Position numbers and translations under genes: made by a program. A DNA stretch of 64,000 bases, taken from contig JAJTBE010000201.1 of the NCBI GenBank assembly GCA_021287065.1, forward strand, positions 7,728-71,727, in the 5' to 3' direction. The notes beneath the pieces were generated by a model that made no database searches, was not told where the DNA came from, and saw only the letters and a list, made by a program, of their open reading frames with translations. This document shows positions 18,448 to 28,356 of this stretch, one piece after another; positions within the stretch are counted from its first letter, which is position 1, and each line of letters begins with the position of its first letter. The DNA comes from Bacillota bacterium. GTDB lineage: Bacteria > Vulcanimicrobiota > JAJTBE01.

Positions 18448-21400
18448 TTGTCGGAGCATCCGGAATCAAAGCCTGTTGAACAGGCTGAAACTGAGAATCG
18501 GACTGAATCAGCAGAGGGAAATACCTTTTGGGGTAAATTCACCAGCAAAGTCTGGTTCCCGATATTAACTTTTCTGTCAGGAATAATAATAAGGGCTTTT
18601 CTCGTTTTATCCACCGACACCGGAGGGGTTGAGGTGTTCAGAGCGCAGGCGGCGCAGGCTTTTCTTGCCAATGCCGCCAACATGAAATTTGCCCATATTT
18701 TTGCATATTACAAAATAAATTCCTGCACACCCCTGTTGTCATACATTCTGTATGGTGTATTCGGAGCTTTTAAGTTTTTTCAGGAAAAGGCCGCCTTGCT
18801 TGGTTTTACAAGAGAAAAGCTTGAAGCCCTCGGAATCAGACAGGATATCTGGGACAGAATTCTCGGACTGTTTCTGAAATCTCCGATGATACTTGCAGAT
18901 CTTGGTATTGCAATTCTTATTTATATCATTATAAGAAGAAAATTTGACAGCATAAAGCTGGGAACTATTGCCGGCGCACTTTATCTCCTTATGCCGCCTG
19001 TGGTTTTCGCATTTTTCCGCAGACCTGAAACCCTCTCAATAACTCTGTTTCTCATTCTGCTTGCTGTGGTTATAATCAACGGCAAAAACAGATTTGCTGC
19101 CATTTTTGCAGCTATACCGCTTTCACTTGCGCTTCTCAATGAGATTAACCCTCTCATTATGGCAGGAATTATGGGATGGCTGATTTTATCGCAGATAAAA
19201 CGGAAAAGGTTTGTAACCGCCGCATTATCACCGCTTGCAGTTGTGCTTCTGTTTATCCTTATTTCAGCTCCGTTCCACAGCTTCACATTCCAGCCCCCGG
19301 ATGCTCCTCCGGACGACGGGAGAATCCCTCTTGACCAGCTTCATCAGATGAATCTGAAAAGCTCGTCAAACTTAACTATGACCGATGTGATTTACTGGGA
19401 TACATTTATTGAAAGTCTGGCTAAGCCTGAGACTCCGCAGATGATAAAACTGCAGAGCTATCTATCCCCGGGAACGGTGCAGTTTCTGCTATCACATAAG
19501 CCTGAGACACCGCCGGATGTGGCAGGGGTAAAGCAGTTTGTAGCTGAAATTAATCAGGTTCTCTCCCGGAAAGATTTCTACTCACCGGATTTATTTGATG
19601 AATCGTATTTTACCGACGAAGGCAAAGAGCTTCTTGCAAAAGGTATAAACAACCTCAGCGACAATCAGACAAGAAGGCTCAACAAGATAATTCTTGAATC
19701 CCTTTATCCCATGGTGCTGGTGAAAAGCCCGATTCCTCTGCCTGAGGACCAGATGAAGCTTTTCCCGTTCAGGCTGATTTACGAAAATACCTACAGATAT
19801 ACCCAATACAACTCAAACAGTGCCTTTAATATATGGAGCCTTTATTCGATAAAGCTTCCCGACTCCGCCCCTTCGTTTATCGGAGTGCCAAAATTCACAG
19901 CAGGGCTTATTCTGACCATTGCAGTGATGATTCTCCTGTTTGCTCTTTATATAAGAAGCAGAAAAACAGATATAGAGGCAGACTGTCTGTATTTTACACT
20001 GTTTTTCCTTACTCAGTTTATGCTTCCCACAAGATGCTTCGATTATGCCGTAATATCTATTTTTCCCTTTCTTGCGGTTCTGTTCTTCTCTGATTTCAGA
20101 GCAAGACTCCTCACATACGGATTTGGCGTTACCGCATGGGTCAATCTCTATCTGATTGAGCGGTTTGATGTTTCTCCGGAGGCATTCACAACTGTTCCCG
20201 CATTTATGAAACTGTTTTCGCTGATTAACATCCTGATGTTTGCCGGAGCTGTAGCCTGGTATTGGGTGAGATCAGGTGAGGAAAGTCCCGAAGAGGCGGG
20301 ATTGAAGCTGAAAAACCGGATTTTAACATTTTCACCAGCGCTGCGTAAAGTATCGGACTGGTTTCTGGTTCCTGCGAACCAGCAGTTTGTTATGGTATTA
20401 TTCGTCGCTTTCATAATCAGGATATGGAGGCTTGGAATCCCTGACACCACAAATTTCGATGAAAAATACTACACACCCATGGCGAGGGATTATTTCTATG
20501 GAATTAAGGATCCCGTCGAGGGTGCTTCCCATCCTCCCCTTTCCACATACATTATCGGTATCGGAATAGGGCTTCTGGGCGATAATGTAATCGGCTGGCG
20601 TATAATGAGCCTGATTTTCAGCATGCTTATGCTGACTGTATTATACTACTTCGCAAGGGAAGTATTTAAAAACCACGCTCCCGCCCTTATTGCCACAAGC
20701 CTTCTGGCTTTCGACTTTATGCATTTTGTGCATTCCCGTCTGGGTATGCTTGATATCTATTCGTCATTTTTCAACCTTTGCAGTTATTATCTGCTCTACC
20801 TGTTTATTACCAAAGGCAATAACCGCTATCTATGGGGACTGGGGGCAACCCTTGCCCTCGGTGCAGCTTGTAAATGGACGGCGGCGTTTACTATCCTCGG
20901 TGTTGGCACAATTCTTGTTGCGGGAAAAATCGCAGGCATGATATTCAAAGAAAAATTCACATACGGGGAAAACCTCCGAAAGGTGAACATTCTGAAACTC
21001 ATCGCCATTCTTGCGATAATTCCATTTGTTGTTCAGATACTGGTATTTCTGCCTCTCCTTGGAAATGTAAAAGCTGTGGGCAACAAGCTTCAGGAGCTTA
21101 CAAAATACCACGAAAACCTTGTGGGAGAAGATGAAATTGCATCTCCCTGGTGGTCATGGATATTTGTCATCAATCCAATCACATACACAAGAGTAACAGT
21201 AGGCGCTCCGAAATCCCAGCAGGTTTCAGATTTTGAGATCATAAGACTCAAAGAACAGAATGCAGTGGAGCAGACTGCGGTAACAGGAATGGGAAATCCC
21301 ATTGCATGGTGGTTCTCAATACCTGCAATCATCGCCTGTTTCATCATTGCATACCGAAGAAAGGATCTTGGCGGTGTTTATGCGGCAATGCCCTTTATTT

Positions 21401-21660
21401 TCCAGTATTTTCCGTGGGCGTTTATCAAGCGTATAACATATATTTTCTATATGATTGATATTGTGCCTTATATGTGCCTTGCTTTAGCTTATGTTCTTTA
21501 CGCTATTTATGCAAAGGGCAAAATCGGCAGAGTTCTGGTTTATTCATATATGGGACTTATTGTCGCCGCTTTTGTGTTTTTCTATCCGGTTCTCACGGCA
21601 CTGTCGGTAAGTCCGGCAATTTACAGGCTTTATAAGATTTTCAACTTCTGGAAATTCTGA
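18448..21660 (+). CDS. Polytopic membrane glycosyltransferase: N-terminal GT-C-like module fused to a GT39/PMT_2 module
   Basis: More than 20 predicted TM segments. The C-terminal half has the PMT-type loop motif NFDEKYYTPMARDYF and a PMT_4TMC-like end. The N-terminal half (about 640 aa) is a second polytopic module with a soluble loop of about 180 aa. TTG 18448 follows GAGGGGAGGAG. Confidence 0.75.
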   Translation: MSEHPESKPVEQAETENRTESAEGNTFWGKFTSKVWFPILTFLSGIIIRAFLVLSTDTGGVEVFRAQAAQAFLANAANMKFAHIFAYYKINSCTPLLSYILYGVFGAFKFFQEKAALLGFTREKLEALGIRQDIWDRILGLFLKSPMILADLGIAILIYIIIRRKFDSIKLGTIAGALYLLMPPVVFAFFRRPETLSITLFLILLAVVIINGKNRFAAIFAAIPLSLALLNEINPLIMAGIMGWLILSQIKRKRFVTAALSPLAVVLLFILISAPFHSFTFQPPDAPPDDGRIPLDQLHQMNLKSSSNLTMTDVIYWDTFIESLAKPETPQMIKLQSYLSPGTVQFLLSHKPETPPDVAGVKQFVAEINQVLSRKDFYSPDLFDESYFTDEGKELLAKGINNLSDNQTRRLNKIILESLYPMVLVKSPIPLPEDQMKLFPFRLIYENTYRYTQYNSNSAFNIWSLYSIKLPDSAPSFIGVPKFTAGLILTIAVMILLFALYIRSRKTDIEADCLYFTLFFLTQFMLPTRCFDYAVISIFPFLAVLFFSDFRARLLTYGFGVTAWVNLYLIERFDVSPEAFTTVPAFMKLFSLINILMFAGAVAWYWVRSGEESPEEAGLKLKNRILTFSPALRKVSDWFLVPANQQFVMVLFVAFIIRIWRLGIPDTTNFDEKYYTPMARDYFYGIKDPVEGASHPPLSTYIIGIGIGLLGDNVIGWRIMSLIFSMLMLTVLYYFAREVFKNHAPALIATSLLAFDFMHFVHSRLGMLDIYSSFFNLCSYYLLYLFITKGNNRYLWGLGATLALGAACKWTAAFTILGVGTILVAGKIAGMIFKEKFTYGENLRKVNILKLIAILAIIPFVVQILVFLPLLGNVKAVGNKLQELTKYHENLVGEDEIASPWWSWIFVINPITYTRVTVGAPKSQQVSDFEIIRLKEQNAVEQTAVTGMGNPIAWWFSIPAIIACFIIAYRRKDLGGVYAAMPFIFQYFPWAFIKRITYIFYMIDIVPYMCLALAYVLYAIYAKGKIGRVLVYSYMGLIVAAFVFFYPVLTALSVSPAIYRLYKIFNFWKF

Positions 21661-21729
21661 GGGCGAAGGATTTGCCCTTATATTATCGAAGTAAAAATTC
21701 AGACTGATTAAATTGAAGGAGGTTCCCAC

Positions 21730-22986
21730 ATGAAGTTTCTCCGGTTTTTCACCGTAGCACTGACCCTTCTGGCTGCTCTGGCAGGTATAGGTCTGGCGGC
21801 AGAAAAAGACAGAGGTAAGGGTTTTATAAAAACAACCCCGATACCTTCCATCCGCGGCAAGGTTAATGAAGTTAAAGCCGGTGCAGGCATTATCATCGTT
21901 TCAGTTTTTGAAAAGGGCAAGCTCACTTCCAATACAAAAACCATTAAAGTTGGCGAACTTACAAAACTTTATTACAAAAAAGCTCCCGGACAGCTCGACA
22001 TGGGCGTTCTCAGAGCTAAAATCACCGATTTCAAACCCGGCGACACAGTCATCGTAACTTCAAAAAGCGTTGAAGGCAGCACAGTTGATGCCATAGATGT
22101 ATGGGAAATCAAAGCATTTCTGGCTTACACAGGTTCCATAAGTGTGGAAAAAGAGATTAAGGGAAATGTTGACAGCGTCAGCAAAAATGACAAGACTCTC
22201 ACAGTTACCGATATCACCGACAAAAAGCAGTACAGCTTTGTTCTCGACAAAGCAGGACAGGTCTTTATCGACGGTATGGAAGGCAGCCTGGGAGAGATCA
22301 AAAAAGGCACCAATGTTTATGTCAGAGGCCGCTGGAGAGGCTTTGAAGAAGATAAGCCCGCTTTAATTCCGGCTTTCGAAATCAAAGATGCAAAGACCTA
22401 TGTCATCCACGCAATGAGAGATGAATTCGGACCCGTTATCGCACACGGAAAAGCCCTCTCAATCGATATGGCAAGCAAAACCATAAAAGTCGGCGAAGAT
22501 AAGGGTGCAGCAAAGAGTGTTACTTTTGACGGATCAACCAAATGGGTATTTGGAACCGCAAAGGTAAAAAGCCCTGCAGACCTTCAGGGAGCCGTAATCT
22601 ATGTGTTTGGCAATTCAGCCCGTGAAAAACAGGAAAAAGCAAATCAGGTTGTTAACGAAACAGCTCTTCCCGCACTTTTCGACTACCTCGCCAAATCAGG
22701 CGGCAAAGTAGGCGGACAGAGAGCGGTTCTTGCCTTCGGCGAACTTGTCGGAGTTAATTCCAGCAACATTACAGTTATGGCAGCCGGTGGTAAGAAAATA
22801 ACCTGCAAACTTCACGAAGGCGCAATGTTTGTGAAAAGCGGCAAAAAGGTGAAAAGAACCGACATCAGCCCCGGAGAATGGGTAAAGGTGGAAGGTTTCC
22901 TCAGCCAGAGAATGGAAGACAGCATTGCCGTAATCGTAATATCCTTCGGCAGAACCCCTGCCAACCTTAAAAAGGACATCAAATAG
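21730..22986 (+). CDS. Secreted hypothetical protein with repeated small beta-barrel (DUF5666-like) modules
   Basis: GAAGGAGG RBS and signal peptide LTLLAALAGIGLAA. Recurrent [IF]-K-P-G-[DT]-x-V-x-V-x-[GS] segments. Confidence 0.6.
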   Translation: MKFLRFFTVALTLLAALAGIGLAAEKDRGKGFIKTTPIPSIRGKVNEVKAGAGIIIVSVFEKGKLTSNTKTIKVGELTKLYYKKAPGQLDMGVLRAKITDFKPGDTVIVTSKSVEGSTVDAIDVWEIKAFLAYTGSISVEKEIKGNVDSVSKNDKTLTVTDITDKKQYSFVLDKAGQVFIDGMEGSLGEIKKGTNVYVRGRWRGFEEDKPALIPAFEIKDAKTYVIHAMRDEFGPVIAHGKALSIDMASKTIKVGEDKGAAKSVTFDGSTKWVFGTAKVKSPADLQGAVIYVFGNSAREKQEKANQVVNETALPALFDYLAKSGGKVGGQRAVLAFGELVGVNSSNITVMAAGGKKITCKLHEGAMFVKSGKKVKRTDISPGEWVKVEGFLSQRMEDSIAVIVISFGRTPANLKKDIK

Positions 22987-23011
22987 GAAATATCCGGTTT
23001 AAGTATATGGA

Positions 23012-23048
23012 GAGGTTGTTTCAGCAAACGAAACAGCCTCTTTTAATT
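23012..23048 (+). terminator. Rho-independent terminator
   Basis: GAGGTTGTTTC-AGCAAAC-GAAACAGCCTC followed by TTTTAATTT. Confidence 0.65.
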
Positions 23049-23250
23049 TGGGGGAATATATCTCATGCAGGGATAGAATGTCCGGTAAAGAATAATTAAA
23101 CATAGCATTTTCCAAAGGTGAACGCCTCTGATTATCGTCAAAAAAATAGTATTTGTTCTTATCATAGCACTGATTGCCGCTACGATCGGTTTTTATTTTG
23201 CCACGGAAAAACTGGATCAGCAGAGTAAACTATTTAAAAGGGAAAAACTG

Positions 23251-23928
23251 ATGAACATAGGCCAGAAACTTCAGGAACAGGGCGTGGGCTTATGTATTAT
23301 CGAAACCGACAAAGGTTCGTCGGCGGTTGAAAAAGGCAGTGTCATTGTGATGCTGGATTTCTGGGAGAAAGACAATCGGCAGATTCAGAAAAACCTCGAT
23401 AAAATCAAGGAGCTGGCAAAAGAATACATAAGGCTCAACAACGAGGAAATGCAGGCAAAACTCGTGAAATTTGTTACACCTGACGGTTTCAATATCGATG
23501 ATGTAATAGCAGGCAGAGTGGAAATGCAGCCGGGCAATCAGGACAGCGAATATCTTTACAATGTTGAAAAGTTTAATTCGAAACTGGAGGAAAACCTCTG
23601 GAAAGCCCTGGAAGAAGCCGGTTTTCAGAAAACTGACATGCAGATCAAATTTATCTCAGATGTAGCTTATGATGAAACTCTGGATAAATTTTCCGTAAAC
23701 AAGCTCTATTTCTTTGCCAGATTCAACAATCTCGACTCTGAAAAACGGCAGAATATCAGGATTATCTTCAAGAGAATTTCTGATTTCAACCCGGACAGGG
23801 GAGACAGAATATTTTTTAAGAATGTTTCGTCAGAAGAGTTTCTGCTGATAAAACTAATGTCGCGCTATATCAAGCAGACTCAGAGATCGGAAGCCGTCGT
23901 CAGAATGGACGAAATAAGCGATAAGTAG
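23251..23928 (+). CDS. Hypothetical protein, probably with an N-terminal signal-anchor encoded upstream of the first ATG
   Basis: The frame is open back to 23122 and encodes KKIVFVLIIALIAATIGFYFA, but has no ATG/GTG/TTG there. See findings. Confidence 0.6.
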   Translation: MNIGQKLQEQGVGLCIIETDKGSSAVEKGSVIVMLDFWEKDNRQIQKNLDKIKELAKEYIRLNNEEMQAKLVKFVTPDGFNIDDVIAGRVEMQPGNQDSEYLYNVEKFNSKLEENLWKALEEAGFQKTDMQIKFISDVAYDETLDKFSVNKLYFFARFNNLDSEKRQNIRIIFKRISDFNPDRGDRIFFKNVSSEEFLLIKLMSRYIKQTQRSEAVVRMDEISDK

Positions 23929-23935
23929 GCATTTT

Positions 23936-24826
23936 ATGTGGGAACATCTTTCGGAAAATTCAAAACAGATCCTTACAGGAGCATATATAGAAGCCGGTAA
24001 ATTAGGGGTCTCTTACCTCGGCTCCGAACATATAATGCTGGCCATACTCACCCACCGCCATAACACAGCCTGCAGGGAGCTGAAAACTCTTGGGGTTGAT
24101 CTGGCGGAATTCAGGGAAAAGCTGCTGGAAAAAGCAAAAAGACAGGACCGGGAACCTGCAGGTGAAATCACTTTTTCAGCCAGATCCGCAAGAATACTTG
24201 AAATCTCACTGGCTATCGCCATATCACTTGAGAAAAAACTAATCGGAACCGAACATATACTTCTTGCTATGATGAAAGAAGGCATAGGGCTTCCGGCGGT
24301 TATACTCAGAGACTGCTATGCGGTTACAAGCGAAACGATACTTGAGGAACTTTACGGCATCAGGGATCTTGAATCAAAACACTATTCAGCAATAAAAGAG
24401 ATTACCGGCAGCGGAGGACTCCGCAAAGTTGAAGATAAAATAAGAATCGTAAATATCCGGAAAAAAGTAATGGAAGGGAAGATCGAGGAAATAATCCACA
24501 CAACCGATTATCTCGGAGATCTTCTGGAATCCATCGACAGACATGATCTTAAAGACGAACTGGACAAAATCAAAAACAGAATCGTTCAGAGCTACAAAGG
24601 CGCTGTTGAGCAGGCAACCCCGGTCAGCAAAAAGTTGACTGCAGAACAGGAAAACGACTTTTCCGACAGTTATATAGAAACGAAGCCGGGCTTTTCGGAT
24701 TCTGATCAGGGAATAACCGTATCCATACAAATCAGCAAATCAATGCTGAAGGATCTGATTCGTGAAGCTATAGGTGAATCATTGGAAAACAAGAGGGAAA
24801 AACAGGGTTTTACAGAAGAGGATTAA
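23936..24826 (+). CDS. Orphan Clp N-terminal (Clp_N repeat) domain protein with coiled-coil C-terminus
   Basis: Two Clp_N repeats (LGVSYLGSEHIMLAIL, LIGTEHILLAMM) and no AAA+ module. Confidence 0.7.
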   Translation: MWEHLSENSKQILTGAYIEAGKLGVSYLGSEHIMLAILTHRHNTACRELKTLGVDLAEFREKLLEKAKRQDREPAGEITFSARSARILEISLAIAISLEKKLIGTEHILLAMMKEGIGLPAVILRDCYAVTSETILEELYGIRDLESKHYSAIKEITGSGGLRKVEDKIRIVNIRKKVMEGKIEEIIHTTDYLGDLLESIDRHDLKDELDKIKNRIVQSYKGAVEQATPVSKKLTAEQENDFSDSYIETKPGFSDSDQGITVSIQISKSMLKDLIREAIGESLENKREKQGFTEED

Positions 24827-24863
24827 TAACAGAAGGCAATCCTGCCACACAAGGAGGGGGAAA

Positions 24864-25253
24864 TTGGAGGAGAATACCAGCTTACCGTCCAAACATGAAC
24901 TGGAGCAGGAACTGACCAAGATGCGGGAAGTTTCGACCAACATCGACAGGATAACCAAACTTATGGTTACCGGCGAAATCAAGTCGGAATCCGCAAAGCG
25001 GCTGATTGAGGAGAATGTAACGGAACAGACCCGGATAGTTGACAGATTTATTGAACTTTCCGAGGACTGGGATTCGCTCCGCAATTTTGCAAGAATAGTC
25101 AATGACATCGAAGCAAAAAGCGAAAAAATCAAAAATGCCGCAACGCAGGAAGAACATCATCAACTGAAAAAACAGGTGCTTGATCATATGGAAGAATGGA
25201 TCAACTGCCTGGAAATAATAATTGTAGGCGTAATCAGCAGGGCAGCAAATTGA
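24864..25253 (+). CDS. Small helical/coiled-coil hypothetical protein
   Basis: TTG 24864 follows AAGGAGGGGG. The longer ORF from 24774 would overlap the previous gene. Confidence 0.45.
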   Translation: MEENTSLPSKHELEQELTKMREVSTNIDRITKLMVTGEIKSESAKRLIEENVTEQTRIVDRFIELSEDWDSLRNFARIVNDIEAKSEKIKNAATQEEHHQLKKQVLDHMEEWINCLEIIIVGVISRAAN

Positions 25254-26479
25254 CAAATCAGCAAATTTACTCAGGAAAAAGACAACGGGGCAGAGTCCTT
25301 GCCTGGATTCTGATTCTTGTTGTTGCAGCCATTGTAATAGCAGGGGCAATATATGTAAAATCCGGGGCGCTTATCCCCAAACCCAAACCGACGGCAACGG
25401 AAAGCCCTGGGTTTGACGGCAGAATCCTCACCGTCGGTATCGACTCAAGACCGGCCGGAATGCTTTTTTATGCCGTCAACCACTTCATCCCGTCATCAAA
25501 ATTCAGAATTCAGCCAGTTGTAATTGAAGACCCCAACGAACGCTGGGCACGCCTCAAAGCAGGCTCCATAGACATGGCTTTTTCCACATTTCCCGAATTT
25601 GTTCTGGGAGCGGCAAGACATCAACCCGGCAAAATGCTTATGTATATTTCTTCATCCCACGGCTGCGACGGAATAGCAGTAAAAGAAGAAATAACAGGGA
25701 TTGAAGGTCTTGTAGGAAAGAAAATCGCCGTTGTACCCGGAAGCGCCGGACACTATTTCCTGATTAGAGCACTGGACAGCAAAGCAAAATCCACATCCGA
25801 GGTTTTGCTTGCACCGGCTCCAACGGAATCAGGGGTTTTCAACAACTTTATAAACGGGACCATTCTTGATGCAGCGGTTCTTTCACAGCCCCAGCTTGCA
25901 AAATGTAATGGAAACGGCAAAAGAATGCTGATTTCAACACAGAACTTTATTTCAATAGAAGAAGTGCTTGTTGCAGGTGATTTCGCCATAGAAAACCGCT
26001 CTGCAGACATCCAGATGGTAGTCAACGGCTTCTTTAACCTTGTTTATCTTATCAACACAAACCCCGGACTTGCAAAAAGCCTGATTACAAAGAATTCGGG
26101 AAGAAGCGTCGGGGATGTGGATATGCTTTTTTCATCGGTTACATTTAAGGACATAAACGAAAGCAAGGCAATATCAAAGGAAGATGTAATCAAATCAATG
26201 CAGAAAACCCAGCAGATATGGGGTATCGAAGGGCTGCCCAACGCATCCCGGAAAATTGATTTCGATAAGGTCATCGATTATCGTTTTCTCGATAAAGCTT
26301 CTATAGACAAATCACTGTTTGAAAGCGCTCCTCAACCGGAAACAGTATCTCCGACACCTGAGGAAACAACTGATATATCTCCCGTCCCCACAGTGGACTT
26401 CAGCGCCACACCGATAGATGGGGATCCGGCTGAACCCCCTGCAACATCCGCACCCTCCCCCACTGCATCAGCGCCATAA
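25196..26479 (+). CDS. Membrane-anchored periplasmic substrate-binding-like protein (NMT1/SsuA/TauA-like) with Pro-rich tail
   Basis: TM anchor VLAWILILVVAAIVIAGAIYV, an SBP-like core (KIAVVPGSAGHYFL) and a C-terminal P/T/S-rich tail. TTG 25250, overlapping the upstream stop as TTGA, is an alternative start. Confidence 0.55.
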   Translation: MDQLPGNNNCRRNQQGSKLTNQQIYSGKRQRGRVLAWILILVVAAIVIAGAIYVKSGALIPKPKPTATESPGFDGRILTVGIDSRPAGMLFYAVNHFIPSSKFRIQPVVIEDPNERWARLKAGSIDMAFSTFPEFVLGAARHQPGKMLMYISSSHGCDGIAVKEEITGIEGLVGKKIAVVPGSAGHYFLIRALDSKAKSTSEVLLAPAPTESGVFNNFINGTILDAAVLSQPQLAKCNGNGKRMLISTQNFISIEEVLVAGDFAIENRSADIQMVVNGFFNLVYLINTNPGLAKSLITKNSGRSVGDVDMLFSSVTFKDINESKAISKEDVIKSMQKTQQIWGIEGLPNASRKIDFDKVIDYRFLDKASIDKSLFESAPQPETVSPTPEETTDISPVPTVDFSATPIDGDPAEPPATSAPSPTASAP

Positions 26480-26532
26480 ACCCGAAAGGTCGGGGAAACC
26501 CTTTGTTCTCACAAAACTTCCGGCAAATTATA

Positions 26533-28275
26533 TCAGAAATTCAGCTCCGCATTCATCTGTTCTTTGCTTTTTTTCATCAGGGGTATGGTAAAGTAGAAGC
26601 TGCTTCCTTTTCCGTATTCGCTTTCCACCCAGATCCTGCCCTCGTGAAGATCCACAATTTTCTTTGCAATGGCGAGGCCCAGACCTGTGCTGGTTTCTCC
26701 ACCGGTGGGTTTGGAGCTGGTGCGGGAGAACTTCTTGAAAAGCTTGGCTTTTTCTGTTTCCTTTATGCCTACTCCGGAATCACGGACGCATACTTCAACG
26801 GATGAATCGTCAAATTTTGCCTCCATCCTTACTTTTCCGCCTGAAGGAGTGTATTTGACCGCATTTGTAAGCAGATTGTCAATTACTTCGCCCATCTTAT
26901 CTACATCAACTTCAGCTTCAGCCTCCAGACCGTCAAGATCGCATTCAAGTTCGATATTTTTGGAGCGGGCATACGGAGCCACCTGATTATAGTGGTGTTC
27001 AAGAATTCCCCTGATTGAAGTCTGCTTTTTCTTTAAGATAAGGTTTCCGCTTTCGATGACTGAAATATCAAGAATCTGCTCAAGAAGGCTCATCATATGT
27101 TTAGCTTTTACAACGATACCGTCAAGGGCTTCTTTCTTCTCTTCCTCATTCATTTTATCCGCAAAATTCTTCAGAAGCCCTGCGGACAGAAGCATGGCTG
27201 AGAGAGGCGAACGCAGGTCATGGGCGGCAATACCCACCATTTCGTCTTTGAAATCCGAAAGCTCTTTTAATTCCTTGTTGGTATGTTTGAGTTTTTCAAT
27301 GAGTTTTGCATTTTCGATTGCAATGGAAAGCTGGCCCGCTATGACGGAAAGGGTATGGTTTTTCGACTGGGTGAACTCGGATTTGATATCCGCATACACA
27401 AAGATGATTCCGTGCACCTTGTCGCCTGTTCTCAGAAGTGCGGACTGATACTGATTCTGGGTGATTGCCACAGCTTCGGTTGAAACCTGTTTTTCCTTTA
27501 TTACAGCTTTGATATCTTCTGTGTTCAGTTTCACTTTCGAATGGATATAAAAGTCTTTAATCGCCATATGGAGCAGGTTTTTGTGAATACTCTCAGGCAG
27601 GGGGCTGGCTTTGTAAATTTTAAGGAATGATTCCCTTTCATCATAAAGCAGAACGCCCCAGGCGCTTACCTTGAATATCTCATAAATGCCTTCGGTCATT
27701 CTCTCGATAATGTCTTCTACCTGAATTTCAGAAGTGATAAGACGGCTGAGCCGGATGATCCATTCCAGATCATAAACGAGAAGATCGAGGCGGGCGTTGT
27801 TACGGTCCAGATCACGGATCACATTTTTGAGATGGGTGTTTTTTCTGTCCAGCTCATTGATGAGGTTTTCCTTTTCCTTCTGCAGGTGGCTTTTTGTAAC
27901 TGCTCTGGAAACAGCCCGCAAAACATCGCCTATATCGGTGAAAGGTTTTGTAATATAATCAAAAGCGCCCCAGTGGATAGCTTCCTTGGCGTTTTCCAGA
28001 CTCTGGTTTCCTGTGATGAGGATAACGGGAATATCGCCGAATTCATTTCTGACTTCTTTCAGAAGTTCTATGCCGTCTATTCCGGGCATGAGAATATCAG
28101 AAAGAACCATATCAAACTTTTCGTCCACAAGTTTTTTGCGGGCGTCCAGTCCGTTGTCAACGGCGGTAACAGTATAACCATCCGTTTCAAGAAGCCTTTT
28201 TAGGAGTTTTCTTATAGTGTCGTTATCTTCGGCGAGAAGAATTTTTCCGCCTATTCTTCCTGTCAATGAGGGCAC
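26533..28275 (-). CDS. Hybrid sensor: N-terminal receiver + GAF-like region + HisKA/HATPase histidine kinase
   Basis: Receiver (LLAEDND ... SDILMPGIDG ... ITG ... ITKP), H-box AAHDLRSPLSAM, N-box NLLTNAVKYT, G-boxes DSGVGI and GLGLAIAKKIV. Confidence 0.9.
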   Translation of the reverse strand: MPSLTGRIGGKILLAEDNDTIRKLLKRLLETDGYTVTAVDNGLDARKKLVDEKFDMVLSDILMPGIDGIELLKEVRNEFGDIPVILITGNQSLENAKEAIHWGAFDYITKPFTDIGDVLRAVSRAVTKSHLQKEKENLINELDRKNTHLKNVIRDLDRNNARLDLLVYDLEWIIRLSRLITSEIQVEDIIERMTEGIYEIFKVSAWGVLLYDERESFLKIYKASPLPESIHKNLLHMAIKDFYIHSKVKLNTEDIKAVIKEKQVSTEAVAITQNQYQSALLRTGDKVHGIIFVYADIKSEFTQSKNHTLSVIAGQLSIAIENAKLIEKLKHTNKELKELSDFKDEMVGIAAHDLRSPLSAMLLSAGLLKNFADKMNEEEKKEALDGIVVKAKHMMSLLEQILDISVIESGNLILKKKQTSIRGILEHHYNQVAPYARSKNIELECDLDGLEAEAEVDVDKMGEVIDNLLTNAVKYTPSGGKVRMEAKFDDSSVEVCVRDSGVGIKETEKAKLFKKFSRTSSKPTGGETSTGLGLAIAKKIVDLHEGRIWVESEYGKGSSFYFTIPLMKKSKEQMNAELNF

Positions 28276-28356
28276 CTTGTACCTCCCCGATCCTGCAATC
28301 TTTGTTTTTATTTACTTAGTTATGCCCTGATCCTGCATTATTAACACACGCAGTCA

